Positions 30,166 to 39,458 of a DNA stretch of 64,000 nucleotides are shown piece by piece. Position numbers and translations under genes: made by a program. The notes under the pieces are model-generated. The model was not told where the DNA came from, made no database searches, and was given only the letters and a program-made list of their open reading frames with translations. Numbering within the stretch: position 1 is the first letter of the stretch; every line of letters begins with the position of its first letter. The stretch comes from an uncultured Gammaproteobacteria bacterium (GTDB taxonomy: Bacteria; Patescibacteriota; Patescibacteriia; UBA1558; S5-K13): positions 248,306-312,305 of the forward strand of contig CAZXFD010000001.1 of assembly GCA_964640635.1 (NCBI GenBank). Direction: 5' to 3'.

Positions 30166-30975
30166 CTATACATTAATTTGTTTATTCTTTATAATCACGG
30201 CACCATTTTCTTGGATTAATTTATTTACAGATAAAATTCTTTCTTTAAATTCATTTGGTTGACTTTCAAAACATTCTTGATAATCCTTGCTCCACTTTTC
30301 GATTAGTAGCATTGAAGCATTTTTGCCTATTTCATATAAATCTTCTGGGGATATAAATTTCAACTTAAAATTTGTAAGTTTCTCTAATTTTCTGGATTTA
30401 TTTTTTAGCATAGAATCCGAAATCTGCAATCCACGATCAACTGATAAAAAATGGGTCAAAGAATTTCTTAAATAACGCAATTCTTCTACGGTTATATTAT
30501 TTGCTCTTTCCTTATTTATTTGTACCCATTTATTATTTTTGTTGAGACAAAAATTGCCATAAAAGGATTTCCAGACTTTTTTATCTAAAGTTAATTTTCT
30601 GATTTCCGCTCCATCACTAATTTTATTTTCATAGGCAAATTCTAATCTCATTAATGTCTCTAGGTAAGCAAATAAAAATATCGCCTCTGATCGAACCGAA
30701 TTAACACCCATTAATTTTTCTGCGGTAGTGGTTGGATTCTCAGAAAGTGTGAATCTAAATTCGATTGAATTTTCTTTAAGTTTTTGAAAAAGTGCTTGTA
30801 TAAGTTTTAAATTTTCAGCATACTGTAGACCTATTTCCCATAGTTTTTTATTAAATCCTAAAATATCCTCAATCTCTTTTTCTATCTCCTGTAGAAAATT
30901 AACTATGGGCATCAAATTGGGAGAAATAACAATTTTCTTTCCATCAAAAACAATATGTGTATTTTGGTATTGCAT
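30166..30975 (-). CDS. Hypothetical protein
   Basis: 269 aa ORF. Confidence 0.4.
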   Translation of the reverse strand: MQYQNTHIVFDGKKIVISPNLMPIVNFLQEIEKEIEDILGFNKKLWEIGLQYAENLKLIQALFQKLKENSIEFRFTLSENPTTTAEKLMGVNSVRSEAIFLFAYLETLMRLEFAYENKISDGAEIRKLTLDKKVWKSFYGNFCLNKNNKWVQINKERANNITVEELRYLRNSLTHFLSVDRGLQISDSMLKNKSRKLEKLTNFKLKFISPEDLYEIGKNASMLLIEKWSKDYQECFESQPNEFKERILSVNKLIQENGAVIIKNKQINV

Positions 30976-31010
30976 ATTAATATTAAATAATTCTATTCTT
31001 TATAAGAATA

Positions 31011-33689
31011 TTACCTATTACCAAACAAATCAATTAATTGTTTAAAACTCGTTGGTTTATATTTATCCCACTCTTCTTGTTTAACATAAAGCATTTTATA
31101 TGAAATCTTTTTCTGTCTTTCGCTGGCGTCATCACACCATTGTGCTAATCTCTTTATTTTTTCAATATCATCTAAATCTTCCCTTCCTTTTGTTTCTACA
31201 ATATAAATTGTTTTATTATCTGGTTTCACAAAAAAATCTGGATAATAACTAGAAATTGCTCCGCTAGCATTTTTGTAGTCAATTTTAAAATGAATTTCAT
31301 AATAGTTTTTTGCAAAAGAAATTACATCATCCGCGGTTTCTAAAAAGTCTGCGAATTCTAATTCAAAATCACTATCGCCAACAATTTTATTAAAAACGCT
31401 TTTCTTTGGCAACAAATATTTTTTATCAGTAACTACAAATGGTCTAGCACTGCTTACTTTAAGATAGTTTTTTATTTCTGTATCACCAACATCTTGTACC
31501 GTTAAGTTATTTATTTCTTTTTTAAATGTTTCTACAATTGTTTTAACTGCTTCTAGTTCTGACAAATTTCTTAAAATATTTAAATCATTTAAATCAATAT
31601 TTTCATTAAACAAATGATTAATAATAAATTCTTTCACTTTACCAAATAAAATATCATAACAACCAAAAAGACGAAGTTCCTTCATTATCCTTTGTACGAA
31701 GAAACCGACAACACTTTGATAATTAGGTTCAATAAAAGTTTCTAAAATTGTTGTGTGGTGTATTTTATCGTCAATGACTTCTTTAAATACTATCTCTTTT
31801 TTTTCTGCTTCTGAAAACTGTTTTATTTTAATTTTCTCATGTTTAAAATTTGACGCATCTAACAAATTAAGATTTTTATATTCTCTTTGTATTCTTGGCG
31901 TTAATACTGGTAATTCTATATCCAAATTTTCAATATCTTTTTTTACATTTTCTGTATCAACTTCAATAACAGTTGGTGTAATTGGAGAACCACTACGATC
32001 CATTTTTCTTTTTTCCAACTCAACGCCTTCTGCTTTTATAGATTCAACGAACTCCATAAACGCAGGAGTTCCAATAACACTCACATATTCTTCTACGTCT
32101 TGACCAAAAAACATTCTTCTAAGACCACGTCCTAAAGTTTGCTCTGGCAATATTTTTGAATCAGATCCATATGGACGCAAACCAACTATTGTAGTTACAT
32201 TTTTCACATCCCAACCTTCTTTCAACATAAGAACGGATACGATTACTTTATACGGACTTTCTGAACTATCTATGTTATTAGCTTGCTTTCTCAATTCTTC
32301 AAGTTCTTCTTTGCTTTTTCCAGAAACACTTTCGGAAATTTCACCGCTTTGATTTGTGTGAATTGTTAAGACACAACCCTTTAATTTAGGGTAATGTTTT
32401 TCTAAAAATTCAGCTACATCATCGCAATTTCTAGTATTATCTGCCATTATAAATAAAATTGATTTTTTACCGGTTGGTTTTAATTCTTTATATGTCTTTT
32501 CCCATTCTTCAACTCCTAGTCTTATAAAATCTTCGTATTTTTCTGCAAAAAGAGAACTTTGTTTTTCTTGAAGTTTGGCTCTACTTGCTTGATCTGGTAA
32601 AACTGGATTTTTTACAACGCCTTGATGTATTGCTTCAACCAATGGATAATCCGAAACTGTTTGAACAAAAATTTCACCCCTATTGTTTTTTGGCGTTGCG
32701 GTTACATCAATCTGTAATGCTAATTTTTTATCTTTTTGTAATAATTTATTGTGTATATCTTCAATAGATTTAAACCAAGCCATTTTTGGATCGTGTATAT
32801 GATGAGCTTCGTCGTTTATAACCATGAGTTCATCGACGTCTCTGACTATTTCCCCCAAGTCTACTTTTGAATCATTTGTTTTTCCAACTACTTTATTGCC
32901 AAGAAAATAATCTGATGTATCTTCATCTTCAAAGCTTGATTCATTTATACTACCCTCATACACTCTATGAATATTTGTAAGAAAAATATTTCCAGATTTT
33001 GAAATCGTGCCAACTTCATCTTGTAAATGAAGTTTAATTTGAAAATCATCTTGCCAATTTTGTCCGCAATAACCATTATCAGGCAAAATAGGATCTTCAT
33101 AAAATATTTTTAATCCCTCGAAGTCATTTTTTATTCTATCTAAAACAATGATATTTGGAGTTATTAATAAAAAGTTTTTTGAAAGTTCTGAGTTTTCTTC
33201 ATATAGTTTATGAAAATAAGACCATGCTAAAATCAAACTCATTACTTTTGTTTTTCCTGCACCTGTAGCCATTTTAACAACAAAACGAAGCCAATCCTCT
33301 GTAAACATATTAGGGCTTACTCTACCTAACTTATCGAATTTAATTAAATCATATTTGTTTTCAACTTTTTCTACATCATAAAGCCAAATAATTGTTTCCA
33401 CTGCTTCTCTTTGTGCAAAATAATACTGAAAGGAAATACTTGTTCCGTCTTTAATAAAAATAGTGTGCGGTTCTTTAAACCACCAATTTAATAAAGCTTT
33501 TGAAGTTTCACTTGCCCCACTATAATCATTCTTTCTCCATTCATCTATTCTTTCTCTTAATTCTGGAACGAATGGTGGTAAAAGTTTTTCATATCCTTTT
33601 TCACGTAAATCTTCATCTGCAGGAAACCATCTAATAGATGGCTCTAGTATTTGAAACTTATCTTTTGGAAAATCTTTATGTAATGCCAT
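31011..33689 (-). CDS. res: Type III restriction enzyme Res subunit (SF2 helicase + C-terminal PD-(D/E)XK nuclease)
   Basis: Walker A MATGAGKTKV; DEAH box VINDEAHH; helicase motif VI; C-terminal YIVETKGRE (ExK). Confidence 0.8.
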   Translation of the reverse strand: MALHKDFPKDKFQILEPSIRWFPADEDLREKGYEKLLPPFVPELRERIDEWRKNDYSGASETSKALLNWWFKEPHTIFIKDGTSISFQYYFAQREAVETIIWLYDVEKVENKYDLIKFDKLGRVSPNMFTEDWLRFVVKMATGAGKTKVMSLILAWSYFHKLYEENSELSKNFLLITPNIIVLDRIKNDFEGLKIFYEDPILPDNGYCGQNWQDDFQIKLHLQDEVGTISKSGNIFLTNIHRVYEGSINESSFEDEDTSDYFLGNKVVGKTNDSKVDLGEIVRDVDELMVINDEAHHIHDPKMAWFKSIEDIHNKLLQKDKKLALQIDVTATPKNNRGEIFVQTVSDYPLVEAIHQGVVKNPVLPDQASRAKLQEKQSSLFAEKYEDFIRLGVEEWEKTYKELKPTGKKSILFIMADNTRNCDDVAEFLEKHYPKLKGCVLTIHTNQSGEISESVSGKSKEELEELRKQANNIDSSESPYKVIVSVLMLKEGWDVKNVTTIVGLRPYGSDSKILPEQTLGRGLRRMFFGQDVEEYVSVIGTPAFMEFVESIKAEGVELEKRKMDRSGSPITPTVIEVDTENVKKDIENLDIELPVLTPRIQREYKNLNLLDASNFKHEKIKIKQFSEAEKKEIVFKEVIDDKIHHTTILETFIEPNYQSVVGFFVQRIMKELRLFGCYDILFGKVKEFIINHLFNENIDLNDLNILRNLSELEAVKTIVETFKKEINNLTVQDVGDTEIKNYLKVSSARPFVVTDKKYLLPKKSVFNKIVGDSDFELEFADFLETADDVISFAKNYYEIHFKIDYKNASGAISSYYPDFFVKPDNKTIYIVETKGREDLDDIEKIKRLAQWCDDASERQKKISYKMLYVKQEEWDKYKPTSFKQLIDLFGNR

Positions 33690-33693
33690 AAAA

Positions 33694-35421
33694 TTATTTT
33701 TTCAACCATTGAAATATATCATTAAAATTAGATTTAGTTTTTTTATTGAATTTATCAATACTATTTTTAGAAAACTTAATATCCTCTAAGAATAATCTTG
33801 CAAGTAATTCTTTTTTTCTATCTTTTGCAATTTCAGAATTTGCCTTATTATAGGAATGACGCTCTTTTAAAATATACTTATTAAAATCGGTTTTGTAAAA
33901 TAAGTCTTCTACGCCCTCAAAGCCATCTAATTTTTTGATAGTTCTGCTTAAATCGTCTTCGTTATATGGAAAAAAATATTTTACAATATCCCTATAAACA
34001 CTTTTGCCCTCCTTACCATCATCAAAGATAACTTTAAATTTTACTCCCCAACCAATTAAAATACTTATTAGTGGGCGTATATTTTTTACACCACAAGCAG
34101 GAATAAATAGATAATCTTCTTTTATGTCAAGCAACTTTTTAAACGCCTGGAGATAATATTGATCCGTTATTCCTTCCACTACAATACAAGTTTTACTTGT
34201 ATCAATGATCTGGCCAAAATAACTGATACCCATTGCTGTGATTATTGGAGATAGAGCATCCTTACTTGCACCCTCTTTTGATGATGCAAATTGAGCAATG
34301 TTATTTATTTTAGTCCCACCATCCTTCATTTGAAAAATGAGTCTAATTCTTAATAATTCATCATCATTAACTCCAATAAGTGATGGATTGTGTGTGGTAT
34401 ATAAAATTTGCATCCCTTTTTTAGCAAGCTCCTCTAATACAACCTTTACATTTTTTTGAGCAGTCTCATGTAAGCCCTGCCCCGGCTCATCTATTAAAAG
34501 AATATAGTTATTGAAATTTTTATTTTCAACTCCAAGAGCTTTTAATCTAAGCATAAAAGCATTAAACCATTGAAACCCCTTGCTTTTTTGTTCCATAAAC
34601 AGAGGTATTCCATCTTCTCTATGAATAAGAAACTCTACTCTTGACTCTTCATTGTTTGGAATAAGATTAATATCAAAACGATATTTATCTTCAATGCCGT
34701 CAATTCTCTTTTGAGTCCAGTAAGTATTGAGATCTAGTTCTGCCATTTTTTCAATTGAATTTTTAATTGTACTTCTCTCTTGGGGAGTTTTATTCATCAC
34801 TTCTTTAAAATTCACATCAAAAATTTGTTGAAAATCTTGGACTGCTTGGTTAGATTCTATATTTGCTATATTTATTTCACCCGGCAGTAAATTAGAAAAC
34901 GAATCGTACATTATAAATTCTGGCAATAAATTTATAACATGAGACACCACAGTATCTAAAAATTCTTCTTTAGCTTTCAAAATTGCTTTTTCATGTTCTT
35001 CTCCCTCACTATCTATTCCTTGAGATAAATCAATTTTTGAAATTATCTCTTCCATTTTCAAAACACTTTCATCAGAAATATAAATATCCCCAGACTCTTC
35101 ATCTGAAGTTCCGCTTCTATAACAAGTGACTACTTTAAGTTCTTTTATAGTTTTATTTATTCTATCATCTTCTGAATTATAATCTTTATTTTCAAAACAA
35201 AAGATACACGTAATCTTAGGTTCCGAGTTAATTCTTTTAGAGAGCTTAATAAATTTTTCATCTGGGCCATTTTTAAAATAATTTAAAGCCTCTAGTATTG
35301 CACTCTTACCAGCTTCATTTTGTCCAGCAAGAACGGTTATATTATCTTTTTCTGAGAGATGACATACACCAGAGTTGATAATGGATTTTACATGCTCAAT
35401 TTGAAAGGATTGTAGTCTCAT
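33694..35421 (-). CDS. OLD-family ATP-dependent nuclease (ABC-type ATPase + C-terminal Toprim)
   Basis: Walker A GQNEAGKS; Q-loop/signature SKGFQW; Walker B ILLIDEPGQGLH; H-loop YTTHN; Toprim-like CIVVEGITDQYY and VIFDDGKEGK. Confidence 0.7.
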   Translation of the reverse strand: MRLQSFQIEHVKSIINSGVCHLSEKDNITVLAGQNEAGKSAILEALNYFKNGPDEKFIKLSKRINSEPKITCIFCFENKDYNSEDDRINKTIKELKVVTCYRSGTSDEESGDIYISDESVLKMEEIISKIDLSQGIDSEGEEHEKAILKAKEEFLDTVVSHVINLLPEFIMYDSFSNLLPGEINIANIESNQAVQDFQQIFDVNFKEVMNKTPQERSTIKNSIEKMAELDLNTYWTQKRIDGIEDKYRFDINLIPNNEESRVEFLIHREDGIPLFMEQKSKGFQWFNAFMLRLKALGVENKNFNNYILLIDEPGQGLHETAQKNVKVVLEELAKKGMQILYTTHNPSLIGVNDDELLRIRLIFQMKDGGTKINNIAQFASSKEGASKDALSPIITAMGISYFGQIIDTSKTCIVVEGITDQYYLQAFKKLLDIKEDYLFIPACGVKNIRPLISILIGWGVKFKVIFDDGKEGKSVYRDIVKYFFPYNEDDLSRTIKKLDGFEGVEDLFYKTDFNKYILKERHSYNKANSEIAKDRKKELLARLFLEDIKFSKNSIDKFNKKTKSNFNDIFQWLKK

Positions 35422-37532
35422 ATGTTTATTTCTATTACTTTAGTCGTATCATTACCAAAAATATCAATAACTTTTATTGCTATTTTTGTTTTGCCTTTTG
35501 GCATTTCTTTTGGAGCTGAAACAAGTTCTAAATTTCGATCTTTTTTAGTTCTAAAAGATTGCCATTCATTTTCAAAAATATAATTTCCCGTCCATTGTTC
35601 TTTTTCTTCTTGAGTTTTTTCATCAATTATTCGAATAATTTCTTTTTTGCTTTCAAAATTAAAATCAATAGACCAATAATCAATCCAATCAGTCCATTTT
35701 TTTGTTAAAATTTCTCTTTCGATAATATCTGTATTTTTATCTTTAGATATTTTTATAACTTGACCATTTTCGATAAGAATTTTACTTCCGCCAGCTTTCA
35801 ATGCTTCTTCTACTTCTCCGGTATTGTCTTGATTATAAAAAACACTAAAATCTGTTAATTCAATTGAGACATCCTTAACATTACCACGACCTTTTATAAT
35901 TGGCTTAACTTCAATATAGGCTATATCATAAAACTTTACCTGTCCTTTCTCTACGGCTTTTTTATCAAAAACTTCTCTTGGTATTACTTTGAATTGAATA
36001 TCTAATCCTTGTTTTTTAGTTTCTTCAAAATCTAATCCCATTTCATAATCAAATCCAAGAACATCCGCTTTTGTAATTCCTTTTTCTTTACATTCTTTAA
36101 TTATCTCATCTAAAAAATTGCTTGTAATAGGTGTATCTATTTGTCCTACAGCTACGAGTCTATCTCTTTTTTTACCAACAAAAAAATTGAACGAGTCTAC
36201 TAGTTCGGCTTTATAAGCAGATAAGATAAGTCTTATAAATTCTTTTTCTTTATTTTCTTTTTGAATTCTTTTTTCTTCTTCTCTTAAATTTTCATTTATA
36301 GTTAAAAATTTTTCTCTTTCATATTTTCCAATATTTAAAATTTCAAATGCTCTGAAATTTTTACCTTGTTTTTTTAATTCTCTTTGAACACCAATCATTC
36401 TTTTACGGGTAGTGTGAATAGAAAATTTACCCAAATCTGAACCAATCCATTTCCTACCTAACTTTTCTGCAACCGCCAATGTAGTTCCGGAACCAACAAA
36501 AAAATCAGCTATAAGATCTCCTTCGTTAGAGGATGCTTTAATAATTCTTTCCATTAATGCTTGTGGTTTTTGGGTAGGATATCCTATGTGTTCTGGTAGA
36601 GCGTGAAACACTTGGACAACATTATTTTCTTTTCTATCCAACCACGTCCAAACATCATCTGCCTTTCTACCCTCATCAGCATAATATCTAGTCGCGTTGT
36701 TATTTCCAGACATTCTATATTTTCTACCATCTTTATCAATTAGAGGGTAAATTTTTTCGTCTTTGACCAATAGTCTAATTGCATTATAGATATTTTGATT
36801 TTTAGTTTTAGTGTAAACTAAAATATTATCGTGTTTTTTTGCAAAACCCTTTAGTGGTGCTGTCCCGGCTTGATAATGCCAGATTAATTCATTGAGAAAA
36901 TTATCTTTTCCAAAAATTTCGTCTAATATCAGTCTAATAAAACTATTTACCCTCCAGTCACAGTGAACATAGATTGTTCCATCAGAAGCAAGTAAGTCGT
37001 ACATTAATTTTAATCTCTCATAAATCATGGCCACAAAACTATCCATGCCCCTTCCCCACGTATCTCTAAATGCAATCTCTTCAATCACTGATGGTTTTTT
37101 AGTAAAAGATTCTTCACCAATTTCAATATCCATAGAAAAATCTGCTCCAACATCAAATGGTGGATCAATATAAATAAGTTTTAATCCATCTTCAGCTTCA
37201 ATTTGTTTTCTGAGTGGACCATTTTTTAATGATGATAAAATTAATTTATTATCTCCCCAAATAAGTTTATTTGTCCATCCTTGAATTTGTCTTCCAGATG
37301 TATCAAAAATAGAACTTTGTAAATTCATAGTTTCCTCACTTCTTGGCTCATCAATATTTTCTATTGTTTGAAATGGTAATACGATATTTTCTACCTCATC
37401 AGTTTTGCCATTCCATAAAAGCTCAACTTCTCTATTATCATCAAACAGTAAAAATCTATACTTTTCCGGTAGTGGTTTTCCAACTTCTAGATATTTTATA
37501 ATATCTCGTTTTTCGTTATCTGTTAGTTGCAT
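35418..37532 (-). CDS. mod: Type III-like N6-adenine/N4-cytosine DNA methyltransferase (beta-class Mod)
   Basis: Motif IV IYIDPPF precedes motif I FFVGSGTT (beta order); 704 aa; the stop/start overlaps the next gene by 4 nt. Confidence 0.8.
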   Translation of the reverse strand: MQLTDNEKRDIIKYLEVGKPLPEKYRFLLFDDNREVELLWNGKTDEVENIVLPFQTIENIDEPRSEETMNLQSSIFDTSGRQIQGWTNKLIWGDNKLILSSLKNGPLRKQIEAEDGLKLIYIDPPFDVGADFSMDIEIGEESFTKKPSVIEEIAFRDTWGRGMDSFVAMIYERLKLMYDLLASDGTIYVHCDWRVNSFIRLILDEIFGKDNFLNELIWHYQAGTAPLKGFAKKHDNILVYTKTKNQNIYNAIRLLVKDEKIYPLIDKDGRKYRMSGNNNATRYYADEGRKADDVWTWLDRKENNVVQVFHALPEHIGYPTQKPQALMERIIKASSNEGDLIADFFVGSGTTLAVAEKLGRKWIGSDLGKFSIHTTRKRMIGVQRELKKQGKNFRAFEILNIGKYEREKFLTINENLREEEKRIQKENKEKEFIRLILSAYKAELVDSFNFFVGKKRDRLVAVGQIDTPITSNFLDEIIKECKEKGITKADVLGFDYEMGLDFEETKKQGLDIQFKVIPREVFDKKAVEKGQVKFYDIAYIEVKPIIKGRGNVKDVSIELTDFSVFYNQDNTGEVEEALKAGGSKILIENGQVIKISKDKNTDIIEREILTKKWTDWIDYWSIDFNFESKKEIIRIIDEKTQEEKEQWTGNYIFENEWQSFRTKKDRNLELVSAPKEMPKGKTKIAIKVIDIFGNDTTKVIEINI

Positions 37533-37883
37533 ATTGATTAATGTTTAGATATATTAATATGTTTAATAATCTCACATTTTAAGGCAAAAATCAATTTAAA
37601 AAACATCCCTGAAAATTAAGGATGTGTTTTTCTTATATCTCTAGAGATGCCATATGTAACTCAAAAAACTTTTTCAAAAGTCAGGGGTCAATTTAATCGA
37701 CGGGGGGTGGTCAACTCTATCAATATTGTTAGTGTCACATTGTGACACTATTGTGCCTAAGAGTTGACCCTCCATCTTAAAACTGATAATATTTAATCAC
37801 AATTGATAAGTTATATTTCTAGCATTTAAGAGGCTTTTATAAACTTTACACAGTATTAATCAATCATTATTAAAATAGCTTAC

Positions 37884-37932
37884 ACAGGTTCTGGTCCTGT
37901 TAATCTAGGTTCGATTCCTAGTCCCCGAGCCA
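37884..37932 (+). repeat. attR: partial diverged copy of the tRNA-Gln 3' half (anticodon stem through CCA)
   Basis: ACAGGTTCTGGTCCTGTTAATCTAGGTTCGATTCCTAGTCCCCGAGCCA; the T-stem carries compensatory changes relative to the intact tRNA. Confidence 0.8.
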
Positions 37933-38189
37933 CTATATTTAAAACTAGCTCCGTGCTATAATTGAATTTAGTTTTTAATCTTAAATAATCAATATTATGT
38001 ACAAAAAGAAAAAGGTAGCAAAAAGAAAGCATAGAAAAAATGCTGGTAAGGAAATTACAAATCTTAGAAATAGATAATTAAAAATATTTTTAAATATAAA
38101 TGACTGGGGTTGTTTCTGGTCATTTTTTATTTACGTGAATACAAAAAAGTTGTATAATAATATTGTTTTAATAATTAAAATAAAAACAA

Positions 38190-38399
38190 ATGCACAGATT
38201 AAACGCATTAGATTTCCTAGCTCTTATACTAGTTATAGTTGGGGCGCTAAATTGGGGAATGGTTGGGCTATTTAATTTAAACGTAGTATCAACTATTTTT
38301 GCTGATATGAACTTTGTAAGCAATTTGATATATGTATTGGTTGCTTCAGCTGGGCTATACTTATTGATAATGCTTGGCAAATTCAATAGAAAAAAATAA
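38190..38399 (+). CDS. DUF378 family small membrane protein
   Basis: LALILVIVGALNWGMVGLF is the characteristic DUF378 pattern. Confidence 0.6.
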   Translation: MHRLNALDFLALILVIVGALNWGMVGLFNLNVVSTIFADMNFVSNLIYVLVASAGLYLLIMLGKFNRKK

Positions 38400-38415
38400 A
38401 CATATTCATTCTATT

Positions 38416-38455
38416 AAAAAAGTCGTCTAGATGTTCATCTGACGACTTTTTATTT
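38416..38455 (+). terminator. Rho-independent terminator (AAGTCGTC-N13-GACGACTT + T-run)
   Basis: Read directly from sequence. Confidence 0.55.
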
Positions 38456-38545
38456 TACATCAAGAAAACAGTTATAAGTCAATATTCATTTTATTAGTAA
38501 TATGATAAAATATATAAATAATTGATACAATAAAATATTAGCAAT

Positions 38546-38857
38546 ATGAATAAGCTATTTAAACAATCTATTCTGTATTCTGTGTCAGCGCTTGCTTATA
38601 TTGTTTTAGTTGCCTTTTTTATGAATAATGCTTCAAGGTTGTTTGGAAATGATGATAAAGGTATCATGGCGCCAATAGCGGTTTTACTATTACTAGTTTT
38701 GTCAGTTTCAGTTATGGGGGTGCTCATGTTTGGCAAGGCAGTATTAATGTATTTAGACAACAACAAGAAAGATGCTGTAAAGCTTGTGATTTATAATATA
38801 ATAAGCTTATTTATAATCACGATAATATATTTTGGAATATTATTTTTGATTAAATAA
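38546..38857 (+). CDS. Small membrane protein (3 TM), hypothetical
   Basis: Hydrophobic ORF. Confidence 0.35.
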   Translation: MNKLFKQSILYSVSALAYIVLVAFFMNNASRLFGNDDKGIMAPIAVLLLLVLSVSVMGVLMFGKAVLMYLDNNKKDAVKLVIYNIISLFIITIIYFGILFLIK

Positions 38858-38858
38858 A

Positions 38859-39341
38859 ATGTTGGATATAGAAATAGTTACAATAGGTAGTGTTAAAGAA
38901 AAATGGATTAAGGAAGGAATCCAAGAATATTTGAAGCGTCTTAAGCCTTATGCGAGGATAAGAGTTATTGAATTAAAGGCAGAAGCATTTGGAAACACCC
39001 AAAAAGAAAAAGCAAAAAGTATTGAAAGTCAGAAAATAGTAGAATTCTTACAAAAAGAAACTGAAGCACAAATATATTTTCTTGATGAATATGGAAAAAA
39101 TCCCAATTCAAAGGAATTTGGATCAATGATTGATAAAATACCAAATAAAATAATATTTGTAGTAGCCGGCGCTTTAGGCTATGATAGAGATATATTGGAA
39201 AATAAATCCGCGCCATGGCGGGACAAGCAGACTATCTCTCTATCAAATATGACATTAACTCATGAAATGGCAAGACTTGTGTTATTAGAACAGATTTATA
39301 GGGGAATTTGTATTGCGAAAGATAAAAAATACCATTATTAA
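38859..39341 (+). CDS. rlmH: 23S rRNA (pseudouridine1915-N3)-methyltransferase RlmH (SPOUT)
   Basis: 160 aa; IEIVTIGSVKEKWIKEGIQEYLKRLKPY N-terminus; C-terminal KYHY; typical RlmH/YbeA length. Confidence 0.8.
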   Translation: MLDIEIVTIGSVKEKWIKEGIQEYLKRLKPYARIRVIELKAEAFGNTQKEKAKSIESQKIVEFLQKETEAQIYFLDEYGKNPNSKEFGSMIDKIPNKIIFVVAGALGYDRDILENKSAPWRDKQTISLSNMTLTHEMARLVLLEQIYRGICIAKDKKYHY

Positions 39342-39458
39342 TTTGCTATTTAAAATTTGGTAATTTTCAAATGATTTATTATTGATATATTTTCAATTAA
39401 AAATTGATAAATAATCAATCAATTATAAATAAAAAATAATAAATAATTAATAAAACGT

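Larger units (their letters stand above)
22948..37932. mobile_element. Integrated element (~15 kb) in tRNA-Gln, bounded by a direct repeat (attL 22948-22965 inside the tRNA; attR 37884-37932 is a partial, diverged tRNA 3' half)
   Basis: The 18-nt identical core ACAGGTTCTGGTCCTGTT plus the identical terminal TCCCCGAGCCA occur at both ends. A tyrosine integrase sits immediately next to the intact tRNA. The cargo is int / xis / terS-like / RepA-like plus defence genes. Confidence 0.8.

Noticed and set aside
38168-38386. 72-aa minus-strand ORF
   Set aside because: It overlaps the plus-strand DUF378 ORF, which carries the family-typical LALILVIVGALNWG motif and a downstream terminator.
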